Assembly (NCBI RefSeq): GCF_001194135.2
Contig: NC_068998.1
Span: 26,879,891-26,943,890 of the forward strand
Direction of reading: 5' to 3'
Source: Octopus bimaculoides
Taxonomy: Eukaryota
Length of the DNA stretch: 64,000 bases
Part shown: positions 13,646 to 24,690 of the stretch, piece by piece
Layout: each line of letters opens with the position of its first letter
How positions within the stretch are numbered: position 1 is the first letter of the stretch
The notes under the pieces: model-generated
Told to the model about the DNA's origin: nothing
Database searches by the model: none
Seen by the model: the letters and a program-made list of their open reading frames with translations, nothing else
Program-made: the position numbers and the translations under genes

Positions 13646-13682
<37 letters not shown>
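13491..13682 (+). mobile_element. SINE family A, tRNA-derived head plus (TA)n; its 3' half lies at 14625-14820
   Basis: A-box-like TGGCTGTGTGATAAG, B-box GGGTTCAGTCCC, CORE-like ACCTTGG; same head at 19085-19240(-), 24560-24690(-), 60397-60560(-). Confidence 0.8.
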
Positions 13683-13687
<5 letters not shown>

Positions 13688-13849
13688 TACATTATTTACA
13701 TTGGACGGATATGTTTCCTCATCTTGTTCGTATCTTCTCCGAGAAGCCTTTTACAGGGGAGAGACAGACTGTTGTTAGTTTATGGGTTTCATCTTCTCTC
13801 CTCTTCCTAACTGGAGTGGATAGTATGATTTTGGGGAAGTTGTTGCTTA

Positions 13850-14368
13850 ATGGGAGAGAGGATGAAACCCATAAACTGGCCACAGGCTGTCTTACCCTAT
13901 GTGAAAGGCCTCTCGGAGAAGATACAAAAGATATGCGGTCCATATGACATCAGGACAGTATTCAAGAGTAATACAACACTTCGCAAACATCTCCTTCGAG
14001 TAAAACCACCAATAGAAGAGAATATGACCAAAGACTGCGCGTACTCCATCCCATACAGCTGTGGTAGGTTATACAAAGGCGAAACATGTCACCCTCTCAA
14101 AATAAGGGTAGACGAACATCGCAAAGGTGTGACACGAGGAGATGTTGAAAAATCGGGTATAGCTGATCATGTATGGAAAAACGGAGACCACCTCCCTCTG
14201 TGGGATGAAGTTAAAATAATAGACAGAGGGCACCGCTGGAAAATACGAAAACTAAAAGAGGCAGCACATATGCTCGGACACAGTAACCTCCTAAGCAGAC
14301 CGAGTGCAGGTCTGAGTAGAACATGGCAACCGGTATTAATGAAGGATACAAAAATATTAGGTTTCTAA
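13850..14368 (+). pseudogene. PLE GIY-YIG endonuclease domain (C-terminal part of the ORF)
   Basis: LPYVKGLSEKI...YSIPYSCGRLYKGETCHPLKIRVDEH...KSGIADHVW..H..LWDEVKIID...RKLKEAAH. Confidence 0.9.
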
Positions 14369-14397
14369 GCCCTAAAATTCACTCTGTAATTGCCCAT

Positions 14398-14452
14398 GGG
14401 CATATAGCGGGCTACTAACCCCAAGATTCCAAGTTCAGTTCCAGCGAGTGCC
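14398..14452 (+). promoter_or_regulatory. tRNA-derived cassette in PLE 3' region (A box deleted in this copy)
   Basis: gggcatat-agcgggctactaaccccaagattccaagttcagttccag, homologous to 16585-16657(-). Confidence 0.7.
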
Positions 14453-14528
14453 TTGAATAAATAATGATAATGATAATAATAATAGGATCGGCAAAAAATA
14501 CTTTAAGAATGAGGATGGGTTCAAAATT

Positions 14529-14572
14529 CCACCTGATGAAGGCTGCAGAGTAAATCAGCCGAAACGTTGTGG
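14529..14572 (+). ncRNA. Minimal type I hammerhead ribozyme (PLE type), core intact
   Basis: ccac-CTGATGA-A-GGCTG(cagagtaaat)CAGCC-GAAAC-GTT-gtgg; stem I ccac/gtgg, 5-bp stem II, palindromic AACGTT in place of stem III; predicted cut after 14568. Confidence 0.8.
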
Positions 14573-14624
14573 TAACAACAAACAAGATATCCGTCCAGTG
14601 TACAGAATTCCTCATCTCTAAAAT

Positions 14625-14642
14625 ATAGAGCAATATATGTGT

Positions 14643-14674
<32 letters not shown>

Positions 14675-14820
14675 ATGTGTGTGTTTATCCCCACCCCCAC
14701 CATCGCTTGACAACCGATGCTGGTGTGTTTACGCCCCCGTAACTTAGCAGTTTGGCAAAAGAGACCGATAGAATAAGTACTAGGATTACAAAGAATAAGT
14801 CTTGGGGTTGATTTCTTCTG
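14625..14820 (+). mobile_element. SINE family A, (TG)n plus 3' half
   Basis: catcgcttgacaaccgatgctggtgtgtttacg...gagaccgatagaataagtactagg; other tails at 17300-17480(-), 25300-25500(+), 50985-51210(-). Confidence 0.85.
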
Positions 14821-15479
14821 AAACAAATAAAAGAACTTCAGGAACCGTATCAGGGTAGTTATCGAGGCTGATGGCAGTTTTATTGAATAGACTTGTACCA
14901 GATTCCATAATATATTGGTTATTCAAATATTTCTGTTTTCCTTAAATTAAAATTTTGTTCTCAGATAGTTGACGCACCATGTATATTTTGTATTCAGAAA
15001 CTATATAGAAATTACTCATAAAAATGTTTACTTATATAATACAATGTTGACATAAAAGATAGATAATTATAACAATAGAGTACCTCATTCTGTTATTTTA
15101 ATCATAGAACTGTTTTACTAGTTAAAGAAAATGTGAAACAAGAATCTGTTAACATTTAAAATTTCCACAGGAGAGCTATTGAACTACCTAAAATAACGTT
15201 ATGCTCGTTACGTTTTTAGTAACGAACATAACTTGGGGAAATGACGATAGAGTGTGAATGTAATTATGAATTAAATGTAAAAGATAATATAAACAAAAAA
15301 TTCAACTGTTAGAAAATAAAAATGAAAGTTAAAAATAAAATAATTTTTTGGCATGTTAGAATATTCAGTTTCCTTCAAGAAGCTGGGGATTTTTCATATT
15401 ATGTCGGAAATCAGGTTAAAGTACAAAAGAAATTAGAGGGAGTGTTATAAAAGGAATTATATCATTTATCTCAATATAT

Positions 15480-15900
15480 TATGATGTTGTATGTTTGATG
15501 GGGTGTTTTTCCAAATGTTCTTTATTACACATTTCATTGCACATAAAATTTCATAGTTTTCGGCTATTCGAAGACTGCATTGCTCTTTTGGACCCGCTGT
15601 ATACCTTAACTTTCGCTATCATATTCCACTTCATTTTGTTGGATATTTTAGTTTCCATGTATAGGTGGGAAATGATGCATTTTTATTTCCCTCAATATTT
15701 TAGTTATAGCGTATTTTGAATAGATATCCTGTGAGTCTTATGCATATTTGTTTAGTATTGCACGTTTTATTGTGTATTAGCAATATTGTGACTTTCGCTG
15801 CACAGTTTCACTCAGCGAGGCAGATATCTTTGTTTCTGTAATTACAGTTGTATTTTTGTGATATTTGAAATGTCTAATTGAATTAGAACATTCGAGTATA
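15480..15900 (-). mobile_element. Highly degraded PLE GIY-YIG C-terminal fragment (Nematis-like lineage)
   Basis: Minus-strand ...RLTGYLFKIRYN...SFPTYTWKLK...KWNMIAKVKVYSGSKR parallels the 18230-18660 peptide. Confidence 0.45.
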
Positions 15901-16469
15901 TTAACAAAGTTCATTGTGTCGAAATATAAAATTGTGATGATGTTTTGTTGAAAATTTTCTGACATTTATGTATGGGATGGTATCTTAATTTGAAAACGAT
16001 ATTTGCTGATAGTGGGCAATTAATTGAAGTTTAATTTCGTTTTCTCATTTTGTTATTATTTTTGGTTCTAGATCTTTCTGTTTCATTAATAAAATTAATT
16101 TCTCAGTGTATCAAAGCATCGTTATAATAAGAATTAAATATCAAATATTCTTCCTTGGCTGAAAGATAATAGATATATAATGTTTATAGGGTATCAATTC
16201 CTCCACTATTCAACCAAAATTTCATATTAAGTGAATCAACCTTAAAAGGAAATTAAATATTCCACCATATTATTTCAAGCAAAATTTTCTATTATTTTTA
16301 ATCTTTTAGGTTTTTATATTTTCTTTTTCTTTTTACATTACATTTATTGACTTTATTTTATTTTATCTTCATTATATTTCATTATCTTTAGTATTTTAAT
16401 TACATACTGACTTCTTTATTTAACATTATTTACATTTAACGGATATTTGTCCTCATCTTGTCTGTTGTT

Positions 16470-16507
16470 AACACAGCGTTTCGGCTTTCCAGCCTTCATC
16501 AGGTGTC
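16470..16507 (-). ncRNA. Minimal type I hammerhead, cleavage triplet mutated (GCU)
   Basis: gacac-CTGATGA-A-GGCT(ggaa)AGCC-GAAAC-GCT-gtgtt. Confidence 0.7.
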
Positions 16508-16584
16508 TTGAGAAAATTTCGAACCTGGATTCTCATTCCTAAGGTATTTTTCGATGTTATTATTACTATTATCATTATTATTCA

Positions 16585-16657
16585 GGTCACTGGCTGGAAT
16601 CGAACTCGGAATCTTGGGATTAATAGCCCGTGCTCTTAACCACTACACCATATGCCC
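16585..16657 (-). promoter_or_regulatory. tRNA-derived cassette with Pol III A and B boxes inside PLE 3' region
   Basis: GGGCATA-TGGTGTAGTGG(A box)-TTAAGAGCACGGGCTATTAATCCCAAGATTCC-GAGTTCGATTCC(B box)-AGCCAGTGACC; 73 nt; acceptor and T stems imperfect. Confidence 0.8.
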
Positions 16658-17504
16658 GTGAACATAGCTTATAAATCTAATATTTTCTTATCCGGTTCCC
16701 ATATGCTATTCATATCTGCACTCGTTCTGCTTAGGAGGTTGTTGTTTCCTAGCATATGTGCTGCCTCTTTTAGTTTTCGTATTTTCCAGTGGTGCTCTCT
16801 GTCTATTATTTTAACTTCATCCCACAGGGGAAGGTGGTTTCCATTTTTCCACATATGATCAGCTATACCCGATTTATCAATATCTCCTTTTGTCACAGCT
16901 TTGCGATGTTCGTCTACTCTTATTTTGAGTGTGTGACATGTTTCGCCTTTGTAACCTACTCGGAGGAGATATTTGCGAAGTGTTGTATTATTTTTTAATA
17001 CTGTCCTGATGTCATATGGGCCATATATCTTTTGTATCTTTTCGGAGATGCCTTTCACATAGGGTAGACAGACTGTGGACAGTTTATTGGTTTCATCCAC
17101 CCTTTTCTTCATAATTGGAGTAGATACTATGTTTTTGGAGTAGTTGTTGCTTAATAGATTGTTATTGAGCTTAAGCATTTCTTCATGGTGTGTATCACGA
17201 TCGCTACTTATATTCTTTGCTCGATGTTTTAGGCACTGAGCAATCCCTCTCTTTAATCCGTCAATACTTTTAAATTTCCCTTTTTTAAAAAATTAATTCT
17301 ATTTGTTTCAGCCATTAGACTGCAGCCATACTGAAGAACTACCTGGAAGAATGAGTCGACCACGAAAGTTTTTTGTTTTCAAGCCTGGTATTTTATCGGT
17401 CTCTTTTTGCCGAGCTGTTAAGTTATGCAGAAGTAAACAACCTACACCTATTGTCAAGCGAGGGTGACAGACACAAACAAACAAACACACACACACACAC
17501 ACAC

Positions 17505-17589
<85 letters not shown>

Positions 17590-18780
17590 GGAGCAACAAA
17601 TACAAGAAGAAGCAATTCGGTTGGGCTAGTTAGCCATTGTTTTATTATGTGGAGGTTATGTAATGAGTCGTTGTGAAGGTCATGTAATTAGTCATTTACG
17701 CACGTTTCAATTTGCCAAATGGTTTGGCAGATCTCTTCAGAATGTTGAGGAGTATGTTAAGAGTTCATGGTGTGAGAGATGTAGGAGAAGTAATTAGTGG
17801 ATATATTAATGTATATGGTGGTATAATAATAGCGTTAGGTAAAGAAAGCCTTAAGTTTTAGTTGAAGTTGTGTTGGTCGTCCTGTAGGGGGATGTAGGAT
17901 GGGTGCTATTTAAGCTCATAATTTCGATTTTAATCAAATGCATATCCACGTGATGTTGTTATGATTGAGGAATGCGTCGTATATTTTTAGCACCGGCGGT
18001 GTTAGTAAAGGGAAGCAACCCTAAATTTAGGTGAAAAGCGGCCTAACTCTGGTCTTATTACTATTCAATTATAATTAATTATACTTAGAAAAGGAAAATT
18101 CTTTTTTACATATTTAATTATACTTAGGAAGTGGAATGTATTATATATTTAATTATACCTAGAGAATGAGTATTTACTAGCGNNNNNNNNNNTTTAATTA
18201 TACTTAGGAAGTGGAATGTATTATATATTTAATTATACCTAGAGAATGAGTATTTACTAGCGTGAAGACAGATTAGGCTAGATTCATATCTCCTGTTTAA
18301 TAGGTCATTATTAGCCGTTAGGATATCGAGGCGCTCAGTTAAACAGAGTTCACAGCGTCTGTTAGTTGGGTTATAGGAGTTAGCTACTTTTAGTATGTGC
18401 CACTTTAGTTTATATTCTATCTTATTGTCGTTTAGTTCTCAGATATACCTACTAAGTCCTGTAGAATTTGCCTTATTTCTATTTCTAAAGCTAGATAGGT
18501 GCTCATTATATCTAAGCCGTATTTGGTTTTTCGTCACTCCGGTGTAGGATCTAGTGTGGCTCTTTGTTTGTACGTCACATTGGTAAACTATACTTTCGGT
18601 CTTACATCTGTTGGAGAAATTACATTTATTCCTGTCTCTACAGCCACATAGGTTGTAAGGGGTGTCTATGTCTGTGTGTTATTGTGTGGCCCTATTATTA
18701 TTTTTTTTTTTTTTGGTGTGCGTCCCTCCTGGTAAGGGGTGTTGGATTAGGGTTGGAGTTAGTTCTATTAGTTGGAGGGT
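17590..18780 (-). mobile_element. PLE 3' fragment (Nematis-like CxC linker plus C-terminal GIY-YIG) with 3' UTR/pLTR
   Basis: Minus-strand 18660-18230: CGCRDRNKCNFSNRCKTESIVYQCDV...YTGVTKNQIRLRYNEHLSSFR...STGLSRYI*EL...KWHILK...RRCELCLTERLDIL...LLNRRYESSLICLHASKY*. Clade name from recalled motifs. Confidence 0.85.
17693..17744 (-). ncRNA. Type I hammerhead ribozyme, apparently intact
   Basis: catt-CTGAAGA-GATCTGCCAAA(cca)TTTGGCAAATT-GAAAC-GTGC-GTA-aatg; stem I catt/aatg, 11-bp stem II with one mismatch, GUA site. Confidence 0.8.
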
Positions 18781-19949
18781 TGTTGATTGTTGTTTCCCAA
18801 AAACATTGTTCTCTTATTTATCATACATGAGGCAATAAACCTCTTACAATTGTTCATAATTGTTCATTAAAACACAAAAATGAGGCAATACACCTCGTAC
18901 CTTGGTTAAAAAGAAAGTAAGCTTCTTACCACATATATATATATGAGACAAGAAATAATTTTCGTTTCTTTGTATGGAAACAAAAATCATATATAGGACT
19001 GCAAAAAAGAAGTGCTCGAGTGAAATTGAGACAGAGGCAATCAGAGAAATCTCTAATCAACGATTTATAAATACATATATTTATATATATAGATATACGA
19101 CGGGCTTCTTTCAGTTTCCGTCTACCAGATCCACCCTCAAGGCTTGGGTCGGCCTGAGACTGTAGTAGAAGGTACATGACCAAGATGTCACGCAGTGGTA
19201 CTAAGCCCGGAACCATGTGGTTAGGAAGTAAGCTTCTTTATTTCATCAAATTGGCTATAATAGCCTTACATAGAGAAAGAAGCTGCGGGCTGGACACAGA
19301 CATAATGTTATATGAGATGAAAAGTGAAAATCATGATTAATGGGGAGAAACAGACAACGCCCGCCGATTGTTGTTTCCCGAAAACATTGTTCTCTTATTT
19401 ATCATACATGAGGCAATAAACCTCTTACAATTGTTCATAATTGTTCAATAAAACACAAAAATGAGGCAATACGTTAAAAAGGAAGCAAGCTTCTTACCAC
19501 ACATCTACGCCTGTGCATATCAACCATGCCAGCGCGCTTCAGCCATGCCTGCGCCTTATGTAAATAACTTTTTTCTATAAACAGTATGAGAAGACGTTAT
19601 ACATAGATTTTCACCCACATTTATACAAAACTCTTGGATCCCTTACATTCATCCAAATTAAGATATGATAAATAAGACAGCACATACGATAAAATAAGGA
19701 AATATGGAAATAAGAAGTGCGCGCTATGAAATCTACATTATCTATCATTTAGCCAATGAAGCAATCTTTAATGACTTGACCGATTCTCTAAAACATTTAT
19801 ATTACATACACAGCAAGACCTAAAATAAAAAATATAAACAAAAGAAGAAGCGAAACAGAATGAGTGTATGTACCTGAAATATGCAGCGTCACTTCAGATA
19901 GAACGGTGTGTTATTTATGCCACCTGCTTCCTTGATTTTCTGCAGCTGA

Positions 19950-21600
19950 GAAACTACAGAAGGTTCCAACCTTTCAATGGAAGACCATTCTAACACTTAA
20001 ACATTCCACTCAACATGTTTGATGTTCAATAAGTGTCGATCGAGGTAAATTATGCTTCAGAGATTTTAAGGTAGAGAGATTGATATAAAAACATTGCATA
20101 CGCTGACTCTTTTATTCTTGACCTTTTAATCCTAAATCTATTCGTTATTGCACATATATTTCATTTGAAGTCGGTTCGTTTAGTCGTAAATAATTTAACA
20201 GAAATTAATGTGAATTCATGTACAGGAATTTCAAGGTATTTGGAAATACCTTTTGTTATTGTGGTTGATTTACAACATGTAGCTGTGAATGGACATTTCT
20301 TATACTTTATGCAAGCTAAAATTATCGTCCACTATTGGTGGTGGCAAATATACGAAATAGATTCAAAAGTATCTCTCACAGATTTTTAACACTGAAACTA
20401 TGTCTAACTTCATAAAATGTGATTTTATCTGGTTTGTAAAGCAATGTTTTAGAAAGCTGAAATTTTCTAACTTCTTAACAAGGTTATTTTAGATTCAGAA
20501 GAGAGATAAATATCTAATTTTAAGTTTTTAAATAGAGATATTTCCTCCTGTACACCTTTTACGACTCACTATTTCCAATGATATTTTTGTAAAGTATTAT
20601 CTGGGAGACTTAGTTTCCTCTATTCAGGAATTTTAATTCATCAAAGCTCAAATAGATCTGGTCTTACATCTGGCAGGTCTATAGAACATGAGAATTTATA
20701 TAAGAACACGCATTTGCTTGCTTGAGTAAACATTCTCTTAATAAAATTCATAAAATGTCATGCAGTGATCTTAAACCTTTTTCCATGATTTCTGTAAGCA
20801 AATTTTTGTTCTTTTGAATGTCATCATTTTTAAGCCAGATACATTCCAATCTCCATTTCTATATTGTCTAAAAACATTGAGGTCAACTGATCTTATTGAA
20901 ATTCTGTCCTTTGTTTGTTGGTTTTAGCTTCTGATCTCCTGTAAAGGGAAATTTTGTCTACTTGAATGATTTGAATTGATAAATGTTTTCAACTTATCCT
21001 ACTATATTTGTATTTAGTATGTGATATCCTACCATATTTGAATTTAGTACGCAGAAAGCTTCCGTGGGGTATTTTTTCACGGCCATATTCAGGAAACGTG
21101 TTCGCTGATTTCTCCAGTTAGCTTAAAACCACATTCACTTCAGACTGCAAGATTGATATTGTCCAAAGATTTCGATGAACTGATCTTGTTCTCTTTACAT
21201 TTCAAATAAACTTGGAGGGAATTTTTATTTTATAATTACTTGGATAATCACAGCTGATCGGAGCTGTTCAACTCACTTATATATATTTGATATCGTATTT
21301 GCATTAAATACACAAAACGTACAACTGAGACATTTTCCCTCAGTCCAATAGTTGATATTCCCAATCAGCATGTTATGAACATCATTACATCCTTTCGGTT
21401 TCTACATATATTTATCACATGTTAATTTCGCTAGCTGTCTTAAATATGCTTTGCTCAATCTCGGCTGGATGAAGTTCCTCAACGCACTGAGGTATGTTGA
21501 CGTCATAAGAATTTATATACTTCAAGAAAACATTAAATAATTCAATTTTGAAACAGTGGATCTCGAAGCAAATAGAGCTATGAATAACAAGCGTGTAAAC
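19950..21600 (-). mobile_element. Very old L1/Tx1-like LINE remnant (APE and RT traces)
   Basis: Scattered minus-strand motifs MLIGNINY (GDFN-like), SDQL, LWTISIL, IFISLLNLK, KESAYAM; many stops. Confidence 0.35.
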
Positions 21601-22587
21601 ATTGAATTAAAAACCGTCTGGATGAGGTTTTCTTAGCTTAATATTTACATACTATTATTTATAGCTTTATCTGTTTCGAGACCCACCGTTTCAGAAAACA
21701 ATTATACACTGGAATATTTTCGTCAGCCATATTGTTGATATCAATAAGTATAACTTACTTTCAACTTTCCACTTCCCACTACTAATGACACTTACACTGC
21801 TCTCTTGAAACTTTAAAAGACAAAAATAACAAAATTCAGAGATAAATGAACATATTTACATGCAAAATGTCTTCCCTGTAGAGATTTCGCATGTAAAGAG
21901 AGGCCAGAAATATTGTCGGTTACAGTATAAGACGGACGAAGTAATATGATTAGGAGTTTGGTATGAACTTTTGCTAATATCTCTTGACAAGAGAATTTTC
22001 AATTAAAATTGTACACTGAAATGTCAAGAAGTACTAAAATCGTGCGAAATAGATATACCATTTGCAACATATTAGTTGAAGCAATGTGAAAAATTTGCGT
22101 ATGGAGAGCAGTAAGCAGCCTGTTCAAAAACTATCAAAGATACGAGTCTTGCATTCATTTCTTCCTTAAACAGGTGAAGACATTGTTGTTCGTTGCAAAA
22201 CTAAATGCAATGAAATACAATAGTATTTATATACATTGACAGAAATAAATTTCACTTTAGGCGTTGAGACGAAACCTTAAGTAACAGAAACAATTACTCA
22301 CCTTTGACCACTGAACAGAACAAGATGTGTTTTCCAAGTTCTTCTCCACACAAAGACGTATGGACATGTAATTGTTGTTGATAAGACTTATTGTTATTCA
22401 TATACTTTAAAATGCTCTGAATACCTCTGTCGTGCTACGTCTGATTTTATTCTATACGCGTGCTATTTATATGTGAAACATATACGTGTTCGTTAAAATG
22501 GGTTGTGTGAGTAACACACAATCACACGAATGCATACATTTAGTGTATGCATTCGTGAGAGATAACGGCAAGTATGAAGCAAACGGA

Positions 22588-22603
22588 GATAGAATAGAAT
22601 AGA

Positions 22604-22659
<56 letters not shown>

Positions 22660-22744
22660 CTAGGTAGGTAGGTAGGTAGGTAGGTAGGTAGGTAAGTAGG
22701 TAGGTAGGTAGGTAGAAAGAAAGAAAGAAAGAAAGAAAGAACGA

Positions 22745-22780
<36 letters not shown>

Positions 22781-22939
22781 GAGGGAGGGAGAGGGATGAG
22801 GTGGGACGGAGAGGGACGGAGAGGGACGGAGAGGGATGAGGTGGGACGGAGAGGGACGGAGAAGGGGAAGATGATAAATCGATCGATAGATAGTTTAATT
22901 TATAGAAAGGGTGTTGCATAGATAGATAGACAGACATAC

Positions 22940-23030
<91 letters not shown>
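22588..23030. repeat. Compound microsatellite (GATA)n/(TAGG)n/(GAAA)n with GAGGGACGGA decamer repeats
   Basis: Direct reading. Confidence 0.95.
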
Positions 23031-23651
23031 TTGTTAATGGACTGATTCATATTTCACGTTGATATACATCATGTTATTTTTAAACTGTTCATCGAATTTC
23101 TCTTAAAGTATCTCTTTTCGAAAAAAGCTACCTAAATTAGCTGTTATAACGTTATTAAGTCATTTTATGGTTTAATATCATAAAGAAGACAACTAAACTA
23201 TCTGTCATAAGACATTAAGCATTAGAAATTGAATGTATTTAGAGTAATTTTCGGAAATTATATCAATGATGCCATTGCAGCAGAACTATGCGCCGATTAT
23301 TTCTCTTATACGCAGTAGCTCTGATGTGATCATGCCTATTATGTATTGTTAACAGTCATATGAGTTATTGAGTTTGAAGATATACTATGTAAATAGAGAC
23401 ACATATATCAACTATTCAGATGAGGATATTGAAAAAGAATTATTAGCAGGAACTAGCACACAAACTCTCCCTCCTACATACGTACATTATTATACAAACA
23501 CACGTACAGGTACGCACCGACGTAAAGATAGTCACTCAAAAACGCATAAACATGATTACACTCAACCGCGCACCAGTGCACACATGCAAACGTACACATG
23601 TAATACAAATACACACACACTCACGCTCACACACATATAGATACACGTATG

Positions 23652-23701
<50 letters not shown>

Positions 23702-24219
23702 TACGCATACAGAGAATGAGAGCGAGAGAGAAAGAGAAACAGAGAGAGGTAAAAGTATAGATTAAGTATGCATTCATATGTATGTACGTACGTACGTATG
23801 TATTTATGTATGTATGTATTTATGTATGTATGTATGTATGTATTTATGTATGTATGTATGTATGTATGTATGTATGTATGTATGTTAATTCATTAACGTG
23901 ATAGTGACAGACAGACAGACAAACAGACAGACAGATGGATAAATTTTTATATTGGTTAATCATTTTCCTGATGACGGAAAAAGTATTGGCTTATAAATAT
24001 TTATCGTACTTCAGTGCATATCCGTATTGCAAGCGTTAGCAACGTTTATATTGAATAAATTAACAGAAACACTGAAACTAATCAGTTTGATATTTTTCTG
24101 ACCGCAGAGAGACAAACTCGTAGTGTGACCGCAGAATTAACTTACCATAGTCAAGCTAAAAATGTGTGATTACCAAAGACACATACTTGTAGATTTTACC
24201 TTACAACTCTAAATTAAAT

Positions 24220-24473
24220 CTTTTACTTGTTTCAGTTACTGGGCTGCGGCCATGTTGGATCAACGCCTTGGAGAGTTTAGTTGAACAAATTGTCCTCAGT
24301 TTTTTTTTCAAGCCTTGTCTTTATTCTGTAGATTTCTTTTACCGAACCGTTGTTACAGGGACGTAAACAATACAATATTGCTTGTCAAGAGGCGGAGGAG
24401 AGCAAACACATGCACAAAGACACGTACATATACACAAAGACACATATGAATGCATACACACACACCTACGATC

Positions 24474-24508
<35 letters not shown>

Positions 24509-24690
24509 CACGTACGCATACAGACACACACACACACATATATCATATATATATACAACAGGCTTCTATCTACCAAATCTACTTCGGTCGGCCCGGGGTT
24601 GTAGTAGAAGGCAATTGCCCAAGGTGCCTCACAGTGGTAGTGAATCCGGAACCATGTGGCTGGAAGGAAAATTTCTTACCACACAACCAC
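24220..24690 (-). mobile_element. Full-length SINE family A with internal (CA)n/(TA)n tract
   Basis: Head (RC ...ggaaccatgtggctggaagg...accacacaacc), internal microsatellite, tail ttttacttgtttcagt. Confidence 0.8.

Larger units (their letters stand above)
13683..14602 (+). mobile_element. 5'-truncated Penelope/Poseidon-like element with an inverted 5' segment (13683-13851)
   Basis: GIY-YIG ORF 13850-14368, pLTR with tRNA-like cassette and hammerhead; the left end is the reverse complement of an ORF piece plus the element tail ATATCCGTCCA(A/G)TGTA. Confidence 0.9.
16417..17180 (-). mobile_element. Second Penelope/Poseidon-like copy, same family as 13683-14602
   Basis: ORF 16669-17178 CLPYVKGISEKIQKIYGPYDIRTV...YKGETCHTLKIRVDEH...; same 3' cassette order. 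Confidence 0.9.

Noticed and set aside
16585-16657. Functional tRNA gene (also SINE heads at 13491 and 60560)
   Set aside because: Acceptor, anticodon and T stems are poorly paired; embedded in repeats, so tRNA-derived only.
18113-18262. 70-bp exact direct repeat
   Set aside because: Flanks a 10-N gap exactly; typical unmerged contig overlap artefact.
18430-18460. In-frame TGA in PLE endonuclease as selenocysteine
   Set aside because: It falls at a conserved Trp position (YIW), best explained as TGG>TGA decay; no SECIS identified.
17850-18800. Possible mitochondrial insertion (GT-skewed strand)
   Set aside because: The minus strand translates to a PLE GIY-YIG domain; no mitochondrial gene motif seen.
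21680-21730. Hammerhead-like CTGACGA...GAAAC on the minus strand
   Set aside because: Stem I does not pair and stem II is offset from GAAA.
23958-24040. CTGATGA followed by CGGA...TCCG stem
   Set aside because: No GAAA/NUH after the stem.
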